A stretch of DNA of 45,324 nucleotides from Peribolospora baueri (lineage: Eukaryota), in contig JAMDHS010000127.1 in assembly GCA_029717555.1 (NCBI GenBank), positions 1-45,324 on the forward strand, read 5' to 3'. A model generated the notes under the pieces. It did not search any database. It was not told the origin of the DNA and worked only from the letters and a program-made list of their open reading frames with translations. A program made the translations under genes and the position numbers. This document shows positions 1-10,030 of this stretch, in pieces. The first letter of the stretch is position 1. Each line of letters begins with the position of its first letter.

Positions 1-47
<47 letters not shown>

Positions 48-105
48 AAAAAAAGAAAAAAAAAGAAAAAGAAAGAAAAAAAAATTAAAAAAAGACGAAA
101 AAAAT
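1..105. repeat. Poly(A)/A-rich low-complexity tract (T-rich on the KCS1 sense strand, downstream of its stop)
   Basis: 45 consecutive A at 1-45, followed by A-rich sequence broken by occasional G. Confidence 0.9.
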
Positions 106-260
106 GAAGAAGGGAAAGAAAAGGAAACGGAGAGAAGAAATGAAAGAGACTAAGCGACAAAGACAAGACAAGACAAATGTAGTGCAATATATAGAGTAAG
201 CGCCGCGGACGGGAAACGGACGCAGACCGGACTCCGTCCGTCCGTCCGTCTTGGCTTTTT

Positions 261-3200
261 TCAAGTGGAGACGAAGCCTTCTTCGACGCCCTCGCCGTCT
301 TCGGCCGCGAGGGAACGAGGACGGCCATCACGGCCGACAAAGACGATCTCATCAAACACCTCCCTTCCCTCCACGCGCAGCTCTCCAATGTCCACAGGCC
401 CCTCGTCCCCGTTCGCCGTCGCCTCGAGCAGCCGAGCGCGCTCGTCGTACCAGATCGCCTCCAGCGTCTCGCACAGGTTCTTCAGACCGAATAGGTACCC
501 GCTGTCCGGGCCTTCAGGGTGCGTGGGCGGGAAACGCGCCTTGGGCAACGCGCCGTCGTCGGCTGCGACGGAGGGACGAGGATGATCGGCGCCAACGACG
601 GCGCCTCCTTCCGAGTCAGACGGCCGAGCCCGGTCACCGCCTCCGGCATCCGCGCCGGGTCCAGGGGAAGAAGAGGGATAGACGAAATCGTGGCCGGTGG
701 TGCAGTGGGCAAAGTCGATGATCCGCACGTTCATCTCCCCCTTCCGACGACGACCCTGCCGGCCGACGGTCGCCGCCGCCGATTTGCGTTCCCGCGCAGC
801 CTCGATACTCCGGCTCCGGGCCGACATCGAGCCTCGGCCGGACGGGGAGGCGCCTCCGCCTCCGCCGCCGTCGCCGTCACCGGCGGCGAGTCGACCGTCA
901 TCAGAATGGGTCGACGGCAAGCTGGACGGCCTCGCAATCGTGGACCCGTTGTCCGACACGGCATCAAGACCGGGCGAAGGGGGTAGGGGCCGTCGGGCGA
1001 CGAGGCTGTCATACAGTCTTTTTTGGACGTCGGCATCGCCATCGTAGATAAATAGCAGACTGCTCGCGTAGAACCGATAGCCGCGTAGGCTGTACACGAT
1101 CCGAGCCAGTCGATACAGCTTGGCTAGAATGTTGGGAATGTGGTGCACCAACAGTCGCTCGCCGTTCTCCATGAACGAGCTGAGCACGCTCTTAAAGTTG
1201 GCCGTCGAAACCTGTCGACCAAAGTACTTGTCCTGGAAGACGTACTTTTTCGTAACGGAATTGTACACCTGTAAAAGGGAGGAAGGACGAGGTTGATACC
1301 ATCGTCAGTGATCCTCCGCCACCCTCCGATCCGAACGCGAACGCCGGCCAAACCGGCCGGGCGGGCAAAGAGAACTCACCTGCATGCCACAGATCCGCAC
1401 GCCCAACGTCCTACTCGTCGTCTTATCGCACTTCTTCGTCTGGCTCCGCTTCTTCTCGCACGTCGCGTCCACGCCGTACTGCCTGGTGCCCATCTTAAGA
1501 TCCAAAACGCACGGCGCCCGAAGCCGACCTGTGAGGTCCTCCATGAGGAGGAATTGCTCTTGTCGCGACGGAGACGGGTCTCGCGTCGACGAGAGCGGCT
1601 TCATGGCGGTGATGGTGGCGCGCTCCCGTTCAGCGGCGGGAGAAGGAGGCAGCGAAGGAAAACGCACTTCTTCTTCTCCTTCTCCTGGCGGTCTCACGAC
1701 GCGAGGCGTTCGCACGGCTTCGCAAGACGCCGGTCGTGAAGGAGACGTCACCGTCGTGGCAGGCGTCAGCGGCGCGGCCAACTCTCTCGTGGGCTCATGG
1801 GGCGCGGGCGCGGGCGCGGGCGAGGGCGAAAAGGCACGGCGAGGCGTTGACACCGCCGCCGCCTGTCCCCCGCGTTCGGCCGAGCTAGCGTCCAAGCTGC
1901 GACTTCGACTTCGTTGCTGCTTCGAAGCCCTGAGAATCGTCGTCGTCGCCGTCGTCGTCTTGGTTTTGAACTCGACCGCATCCGCGCCCATGGCGCCTTC
2001 CACATGATCAAAGTCGTCCATCTGAAACAGCGGCCCATCGTCGCCGCCGCCGCCGCCGCTGTTCGCCAAAGACATCTGCGCTCTCCCCCGAGACGATCTT
2101 TGGTTCGCCGCCGCCGCCGCTGCAGCCATACCAAAGGTGCCGCTTCGACCAATCAGTTCATTCTCGCTGTGAGCGCGTCGCGCCAGACCGACCGCTCCAT
2201 CTTCCGGCTTGACACCGTCCGTAAAAGCGGCCGAGGGGGCGGGGAGGAGCCGAGACATGGCTAGACCGTTGGGCGGCTTCCACGATCCATTGGCACCGCC
2301 GCCAGAGCTCGCGGCACCAGCACCAGCAGCAGCAACAGCAGCAGAAGCGACGCGGCTCGGAGGCTCGTCAAAATTGTCGACAGGCTGCGTTGCCTCGCTA
2401 GGCGCGACGCCCAAGAAAGAGGAGGACGTCGCCTTCTGCTGCCGCACCGTCCTCCGATTCCCTCGCCGCGCACGCCTCGTCCCCTGCTCGTTGCCAGCAC
2501 CGTTCAACATGGGCGTGCTGAACACCTCCCGAAGAACTTTTTCCTGTAGGCGCCTGTTCACGCTCGTCGATCCCCGGCCGTAGATGCAGCTGGCGCTTGG
2601 GAGCGGAGACGAGAAGCCAGAACCGGAGCGAGAGGGACCAAGACGAGAAAGGTGAGGCGGGAGGGCGGGGAGCGAGTCCGGCGGCTGAGACTTGCGGCTC
2701 GTCGTCATGTGTCGCGGCGACGTACCGGGAGAGGTGCCGGGAGTCGAGGGAGAACCGGAAAGCGGAGTGAGGGGACGAACGGGAGAGGCGGGAGAGGAGT
2801 GCATGTCGCCGTGAGAGGCCGACGCGCCTTCGGCCGAAGAGCTCAAGGCGCTCATGCGCTGCACGCCGCCGCCGCCGCCGCCAAGCCTCGCCATAGCTGG
2901 GACAAGATCGGGAGAGGAGAGATGACCGTGGACGGGTGGTGGGCGACGAGGGCGAAAGTCGGAGTGGCGGGACTCGCTGTTGCGCCGAGGTCCGAAGGAG
3001 CGCCGGCGGCGGGACCTTCGGAGCATGGAATCGGGGATGATGTGCCTGTTCATGTCGAGCGCCACCTCTGGCACCTCCATCTCCTCCTCCTCCCGACCAC
3101 GGAACACCTTACGCCTGGGCTCGCCGCTCTCCGGAGCCGTCCCACCGGCTACGACGTCGTTCCCTGCGGCCGCTGGCGTGGGCGACTGCGCGTCGTCGCA

Positions 3201-5082
3201 ATCAACGCTCTGCACGTGCCGGTAAGTGACGTTGAGGACGCCGAGGTACTGCGGGATAAAGTCGAGCAGTTCGGGATGATCGCGCTCCACGGCCTCATAA
3301 AACTGGTTTTCGCGGCTGACGAGCGGCTGGGGGGTAGTTGAGCGAAGGAGGAAAAGAGTGAGACGCTAAAAAAAAAAGAAAGAAAACAAAAACCTCTTCT
3401 CTCACCTTGCAAACGGCACGTCGCGAAAAGCGAAAGACCGTATGGTGTCCACCAACCTGGTTGTCAAAAGGCTGGAGCTGAACCGCCGGGAGTGCGTCTG
3501 GCGGAGTCGAAGCGTTGTCCGCCGCCGCCACCGTCGCGGCCCCTGCCGCCGACGCCGACGCCGCCGCTTGCCCGAACCCGCCGGCACGGTAACGGTCATC
3601 TTCGGTCATCTCGCTCTTCGCTTCCGTCGTATCCTCGTCCAAATCCAGCTGGTAATCATAATCGTCCGAGCCGTACGTTGAGCCGACGTCGTCATCACCA
3701 TTCTCCGTAAAATCCGTCTCGTCGGTCGAGTCCGTGTATTCTGCGCTGTCCTCGTACTCCTCATCACCGTAGTAGGGCGTGGCGGCGGTCTCGGCGGTGA
3801 GAGCGTCACAAGTCGTCGGAGAGGCGGAAGGAAGGACGTAGGAAGAATGCCTGGGGTCGGACGCAAGTGGCGCGGCGGCGTGGTCGTGGTCGTGGTCGTG
3901 GTCGTCCTCGACGCTCCTCCTCCCCCTCGACCAAGGCCGGCCTTCATCGACGACGTCGGCTCGCGCTTTGCCCTTGGAAAGTGCCTTGGACGGGGAGGAA
4001 GCCTGGCCTGGGGACGGCAACGGCACCAAGCGCGGTTTCGACCTGGATCGCGACAGTTCGCCACCATTGTTGTCCTCCTCTTTCTCCTTTTCCTTTTCCT
4101 TTTCCTTCTCCTCCTCCTCCTCTTCCTTCTTCTCTTTCTCCTTCTCCTTACCGGTAGGCTTCTCCTTCTCCTTACCGGTCGGCCTCCTCGACCGTGACCG
4201 ACGGAGGCCACCGGTTTCCACGGCCTGGCCTTCGGCGGCGGGAATGACGTTGGCGGGCAAGTTGGCCTCCTTGAAGAGCTGGAGGCTCACAGAGGCCTTC
4301 CTGCCCGAGGACACCATCGCGGGGGGAAGCATGAGCTCCTCCTCCTCCTCGTCCAGCCCCGTCTCGGAGACGGCAAAGCTGTCGTACCCGCTCTCCTTCC
4401 CCGACGCTGCCCCTCCGTTGGCCGAGGTTGGGCTCAATGTCGTCGTCGCTGCTCTTTGCTGGTCGGCCGTGCCGGCGCTGGCGGCGGTGGACGCGAAGCG
4501 GGCACGTTGGTCGACGCGAGGACTTTGGGAGGGCCTCGAGTGGGAGCGACGAGCGAAGGAGGATCGGGAAGGGGAGGAGAGGGTGGACGTGGGAGACGGG
4601 TGAAGAAAGATCTCTGTCGTCGGCTCTTGGACGAGGCCCATGTTGGTGGACAGCGCGCCGTTCCGGCGCTGCTGACCGGACGAAGAACCCTCTCCGCTGT
4701 CCTTGACGCCGGAAGCGGTGGCGGGACCGGTGCGAGCGGCGCCGGCGCCGGCAGCGCCAAAGGACACCTTGAACGCCTTGCCCGGCTTGCCGGAGCTGCT
4801 GACCTCTGCGCGCTCGATCTGGCGCTCCCAGCCGTGCCTGGGATCGGAGGCGCTGAAGGAGAGACGCTTGCGCCCTTCGAGGTTGGGCGACATCAGGGGT
4901 GATACATGACCATGGGAGAGGAGGGTGGGAGAGGACGCGGTGGGATCGGGGGCGCGGTAATGGGGTGGGAGGCAGACGTGCAAGGCGGAGGTGGACGGGT
5001 TGGAGGAGGGAGAGGGATGCCAGATCGGAGGGGTGGGCGAACTGCAGAGGAGAGGCGGCTCGCCGTCACCGGCCTTCGACAT
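261..5082 (-). CDS. KCS1: Inositol hexakisphosphate kinase (IPK superfamily, Kcs1-like), ~1543 aa, 3 exons
   Basis: Exons 5082-3406, 3326-1380 and 1268-261 joined in phase 0 by GTGAG..CAG introns. Motifs: [30 protein letters not shown] (PxxxDxKxG), [25 protein letters not shown]. Confidence 0.93.
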
Positions 5083-6388
5083 GGGCTGTAGAGACGAAAG
5101 GGAGGGGTGAAGGATGGCCGACGGGAAGGAGGATGGTTGGTCTATCTGAAGATTATGCTGATCGTGTTGTTGCCGTGGCTGCCGGTGGCTAGTGCGCCAC
5201 TAGACGGAATGGAGACAAGCGAGAAGAAAAAACCACGTTGGGCAAGAGGACGAGAGGGGAGGCAGGCGGAGGGAATGGATAGATGGGGGGATGGCCGTTG
5301 GCCGACGCTGTTGTTGTGCGGTGTTATCGTCGAGGCGGGCGACGGCGGGTGGGAAGGCGTGGACAAATTTTGTCCGTGTTTCGTGCTGGCGCTGGTGGCG
5401 CTTTGGGCGTCTAGGACGCAAGAAGGGGGGAGTGGCGCCAAGGGGGGAGGGAGGGAGGTGGAGATAAGGCGGAGGAGCGGGGCGGCGAGGGCGGGGGAGG
5501 AAGGGTTGTCGGGATGGTGGTGGGGAGGAAGTCGGTCGGCGGTGGCGGCGGTGGTGAGAAGAAGGGGATGATGGCGATGGTGATGGCGATGGTGATGGCG
5601 ATACTCGCGAGGCGTTGGCGGACGGAGCGCAGTGGAGCGGATGCGGGCGTGGAGACGAGCACGAGCGCGACGAGCACGAGTGGACGGCGTCGGTTGAGAT
5701 ATGTGTCTACGTTTGTGTGTCTATCTGCGTATGTCAGTCTTTGTCTGTCTCCTTTCCTTTTCTTCCTTGTCTGTCCGCTGTCACGTCCTTCCGCCGCCGA
5801 GATAGCCGCCGCCGCCCGTCACGGCCACGGTCACAACCACAGTCACGACACGGTCACAACCACGGATGGTCACGTTGTGCCGCGACAAACGGACCGGATG
5901 CGGAATCGGTCGGTTGAAATTCCCAGCCAAGATCAGACAAGACAAGACTTGACAAGTTGATACAGTCGAGAATAGTCGAGGCAGTCCGAGGTCGAGGAGG
6001 AAGAGAGAGAGGCTGTCAAGAATAAAAAAACAAACACACGCCATCTCTCCCTCTCCGGCCTCTCTGTCTCCCCCCGTCCACGTTCTACCCCTGCACGCCT
6101 TCCTTCCATTCCCACGTACGTACGTCCTGCCTCGTGCGTGATGGATGACTAGAATCGATGGATGAATGGATAGGCGAGGGCTCAGACGACGATCGACGTA
6201 CACGTGCGCAGACCGCCAAGGACAAGGGGCCGCCCACCCCCACCACCGACGACGGATGCGAACACGGCCTCCCACCCGTGGCGTTCCATCCAACCCCATT
6301 ATACATGCAGTCCGTCATGGGTGCGCGACGCCGAACGAGATATATACAAACCGCGCCCACCGGACCGTCCAGTGCAGCCATGGCAGTT

Positions 6389-6394
6389 AGATGG

Positions 6395-6428
<34 letters not shown>

Positions 6429-6460
6429 AGATGGATGGATAGATAGATAGATAGATAGGC
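6389..6460. repeat. Compound (GATG)n/(GATA)n microsatellite
   Basis: atggatggatggacggatgg...gatagatagatagatag; related tracts at ~6877-6896 and ~31138-31165. Confidence 0.9.
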
Positions 6461-7518
6461 AAGAGAGACGACAGATAGATATAGCCCGGCGGCTAAGCTG
6501 GCGGAAACTCGGCCTCCGCGCTCAGTCAGCCCGCAAGGTGGGGCCCGGCGGGCGGGCGGGGCGCGCCTTTGCGACGGACATGGACGGCCACGGCCTCCCA
6601 GCCCAGCCCCGCCCTGTCTCACTCACTCACCTCCCGTTACAGATAGATGGATATAGATGGACGGATTTTTTTGTTAGGCAGACAGACAGACAGGCAGACA
6701 AGCAAGACCAGATAGTGGAGCACGACGGCAACCGGATAAGAGCGCCGTGCTATCGGCGTCAAGACGGACGGGACGGACGGGACGGATGGACGTATGAACG
6801 CATACCTTCCGTCCTTCCTTCCATCACGCCGGCGCCTCCCCCAGTCCAAATGAATGCGCGCCGGACGAACGAACGGATGGATGGATGGATGGATGGCACA
6901 GGAAAGATAAAGGAAAGAGAGAAGAGATTCGACCGCCCTGCTCTCCCTCGTCCACCTTGCTAAACCCTCTCGCGAACGGTTAAAATCGCCCTCCAGGCGG
7001 CCCCCATCGCTCTTGACGGCTCCTTCGGCGCGAGGGAGATGAGGGAGATGAAACGTTGGGATCCTATTCGTATCGTAATCGTTTTCGTCCGTACGTACGT
7101 GCACCACGCTTCCTGACCCGTAACATGGACAACAAAGGACAGACCAACGGAAAGACAGACAAGAAGAGAGGGGAGAAGAAATAACGATACGAGGCGGAGA
7201 AGAGAAAGCGAAAAAGAGACCGGGCAAGATGAACAAGCGGATGAGAAGGGAAAGTTCCTGGAGACGGTGTATGGACTGAAAGGAAGAGGGAGATAACTGA
7301 TGCGACAGATGCGACCGAGGTGGGATGAGACCGAAGGAGAGAGAGTGTGTGCATGGGACAGGGTGGGGTGGGACACTGGACCGGTCGGATGCTTGTCGAG
7401 CGAGGAAGAAAGAGGCGCAGTGGACCGCTGCCAGTGGGAATGAAGGATGGCTACGGCGGGCGGCGCCATGGGCGGACGACGAAGAGTCAGACAGACAACG
7501 GGATGGCAAAGGCCACTC

Positions 7519-8916
7519 CTACTTCTTGTTGAGTTCCGCCATCAATTGCTGCATACCGAGAGAGAAAGGACGGACGCTCGTGAGCCGGTGACAAATAGCG
7601 ATATGATAGTCTCACCACCACCTCAGCCGCTTGGCCACTCACTTGGATCCTGTCGCTCAAAGGCCCGCTCACCACAGGAGGCGCCACGGCAGCCGGGGGG
7701 GGCACGGCCATCAAAGGCACGTCGACCGACCCTCCGCTCTTCCCGAGGAACGCCTTGAGCGCCTCCGCGTCCGCCTTCCTCTGCGCCTCCTCGCCATTTC
7801 GGACGCCCATGCCCATGTTCACGAGCCGCGACATGATGGACGGCGGGAAGACGTTCCTCTGCCTCAGTTCGATGACCGCCGGTACAAGCTTGGGAGGCTT
7901 GCCGTTCGCCTGCCACCCTTCGAACCCTCTCTCAAACGTGATCATCAACTTGCGCTGCAACGCCACACCCGACAAGCCCTCCGGAGCCCGGTACCAGTCC
8001 AACGCGGCCACCAGCTTGACCGCCAACAGGCCGTAGCTCTCGATCTCCGCCGTGTCGGCGCCGGCCCGCGTCATGCGCTCGTAGAACGCGTCGCACACCG
8101 GACGGAACAGCGCCGGCTCGCGGTACGTCCACAGCCGCGCCGCGATCGCCGCCGCTTGGGCGCCCGTGTGGTCCGCGTTGCGATCTTTGGCCGGCTTGGA
8201 CTCGAACGTCTTGAAGGGCGCGAGGAGATAGTCGATCGCCACTCGAGACACGTTGGCCAAGATGTCCTCCTCGCTGCACGGCGGTGGCTTCTTCGGTTCC
8301 ACTTTCTTCGGTTCCTCTTTCTTTGGCTCCTCCTTCTTCGGTTCCTCCTTCTTCGGTTCCTCCTTCTTCGGTTCCTCCTTCTTCGGCTCTTCCTTCTTCG
8401 GCTCCTCCTTTGGCATAAGGAGATAAGCGGCTAGAGCGCCCACCGCGGCGATGAGGAGGAAGAGGAGAAAGACTGACATCCGGCGACGACGTTGCATGAC
8501 GACGAATAGGCGCAAAAGAGAGGAGAATGAGCAGCGCCCAGACAGTTAGTCGATTGACCCTTTCCTCCTCCAGCGAAGCGAAAGGCGAAAAGATGGGCAC
8601 ACTTACGCCAAGTCTGCCTGAAAAGCCAGATGAAGAACCCTCCACCGTAGTACGACGCCCACCCACCGCCTCCATATATGGGGTACATCATCGGTTGCGG
8701 TTGCGGCGGCGGCGGCGGAGGAGGCGGCTGTTGAGGGTGCTCGTACACGGAGAAGAGCCGGCCAAAACCCATCCCACCCATCCCTCCCATCCCTCCCATC
8801 CCTCCCATCCCTCCCATCCCTCCCATCCCTCCTTGCGGGTAGCCCCAGCCCCAACCCCAAGGACTGCCACCTGCGTAAGCTTGTCCGCCCCACCCCCAGC
8901 CCCATGAAGAGAACAT
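7519..8916 (-). CDS. Uncharacterised single-pass membrane protein, ~389 aa: WG/GGM-rich N-terminus, TM helix, (KKEEP)n linker, MIF4G-like helical domain
   Basis: Exons 8916-8607, 8472-7643 and 7548-7519. Intron 1 has GTAAGT, an ACTAAC branch site and the first downstream CAG; intron 2 is GTGAGT..GCTCAC..CAG. Both joins are in frame (..RQTW-LFLLFLLIAAVGALAAYLL..; ..DRIQ-QLMAELNKK*). Confidence 0.75.
8288..8412 (-). repeat. Coding 15-bp tandem repeat, 8 units encoding KKEEP (one KKVEP)
   Basis: Repeats of cttcttcggttcctc with synonymous variants on the + strand. Confidence 0.95.
8769..8832 (-). repeat. Coding 9-bp tandem repeat encoding (GGM)n
   Basis: (cccatccct)n on the + strand; GGMGGMGGMGGMGGMGGMG on the - strand. 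Confidence 0.95.
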
Positions 8917-9956
8917 GAGTGGTGGTTGCGGATCCTAAGAGGACGAGGGAAGGATCGGAAGCGGTGAAGATGGGTCTTCTTAACTCGAGCAAGCGGTGAT
9001 CAGAGGGTGTCCGAGGATGCGAGCCGCCGCCTCGACGGGGACTAGTGGGAAAGTCGGCGGAGGCCGAGAAGACGAAGGGAGAAAGAAGTGCGCCAAACAA
9101 AATGCCTGGTATAGATGCCGCACGAAAAGTGAATCGGTGCTGAACCGGTCAGCAAGGTCAAAAACTCGGGTGGAGTGAAAAAACTGCCGCGATGTCGCCG
9201 GCAAGAGAAGCAAGACGATTGCACGAAAAGGAGTGCGCGAAGAAGAGCGAAGGAAGTGGGGAAGGCAAGGCTGGGGTATGTATGCGCGTAGCTGGCCAGT
9301 CGAGGGGTAAAGGATGACAGGCCAGCAAAACTGACGAAGCGAGGCGGACGGAGCGAGGCGGATAGAGGGGGAGGTGAGGGAAGGAGGGAGAGCGATAGGG
9401 AGAGATGGGGAGAGGCGAGAAAAGAACGCTGTCGCTCGCGTCTTGTCGCGACGGCGTCCAAACCCTGTTGTTGGCCGATCATCTACGCACTCCGTCCTCG
9501 ATCATCTCTATCTAGCTACCACCTTCTATCGCCGCACATCATCCGAGCAGATCCGCCCGTCGTCAAGATTGCAGCAAGCGGGGGAAACCGAGCCTACCAT
9601 TGCAGGGAGCGACCCCGTCCGATGAACTCGCCCAGCTTGTATTTTGGCTGCCGTCCATATTGCTGTCTGGCTGCCCGCTATGTTCGCGACCGCACTTCAG
9701 ATCGTCTGGGAAAATGCCAGTACGCCATCTTCAGTTTTTATAGTCTACTCCCGTGCTCCACTTCATACGGCTGGCGCAAATGATGAAGAGAGCTCATTTC
9801 CACAGCTTCCGGGAGAGAGAGAGAAAGACGAGCCTCCCGGCAACGATCCAGGTATCTGGCTGCACACCAGCATACACATGGAGGGCGTGGAGGGGAAGAA
9901 AAATGCAGTAGTGGATCTCTTTCTAAAACCGTCTTCTGCGTAATCTACATAGAGGT

Positions 9957-10030
9957 CATCCATCTAGTCATCTATTTGATCATCCATATATCTGGTCATC
10001 TATCCGGCCATCTATCTAGTCATCTGTCTA
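9957..10030. repeat. Degenerate ~12-bp minisatellite (CATCTATCTAGT-like, 6 units) abutting the transporter stop codon
   Basis: catccatctagt / catctatttgat / catccatatatctggt / catctatccggc / catctatctagt / catctgtcta. Confidence 0.75.

Noticed and set aside
1..45. Terminal homopolymers as retro-copied poly(A) tails
   Set aside because: Both tracts (1-45 and 45091-45140) are poly(T) on the sense strand of the adjacent gene, and those genes retain their introns.
3213..3218. Intragenic CACGTG in KCS1 as a Pho4-driven antisense promoter, as in S. cerevisiae
   Set aside because: A single hexamer in coding sequence, about as frequent as expected by chance.
7487..7642. ORF-track C-terminus (VSGQAAEVVV..IPLSV) of the KKEEP protein
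   Set aside because: Better explained as read-through of a canonical intron (7642-7549) leading to the short QLMAELNKK* exon.
8288..10030. Short tandem repeats as a CRISPR-like array
   Set aside because: The repeats are head-to-tail without unique spacers, two of them are coding, and the sequence is eukaryotic.
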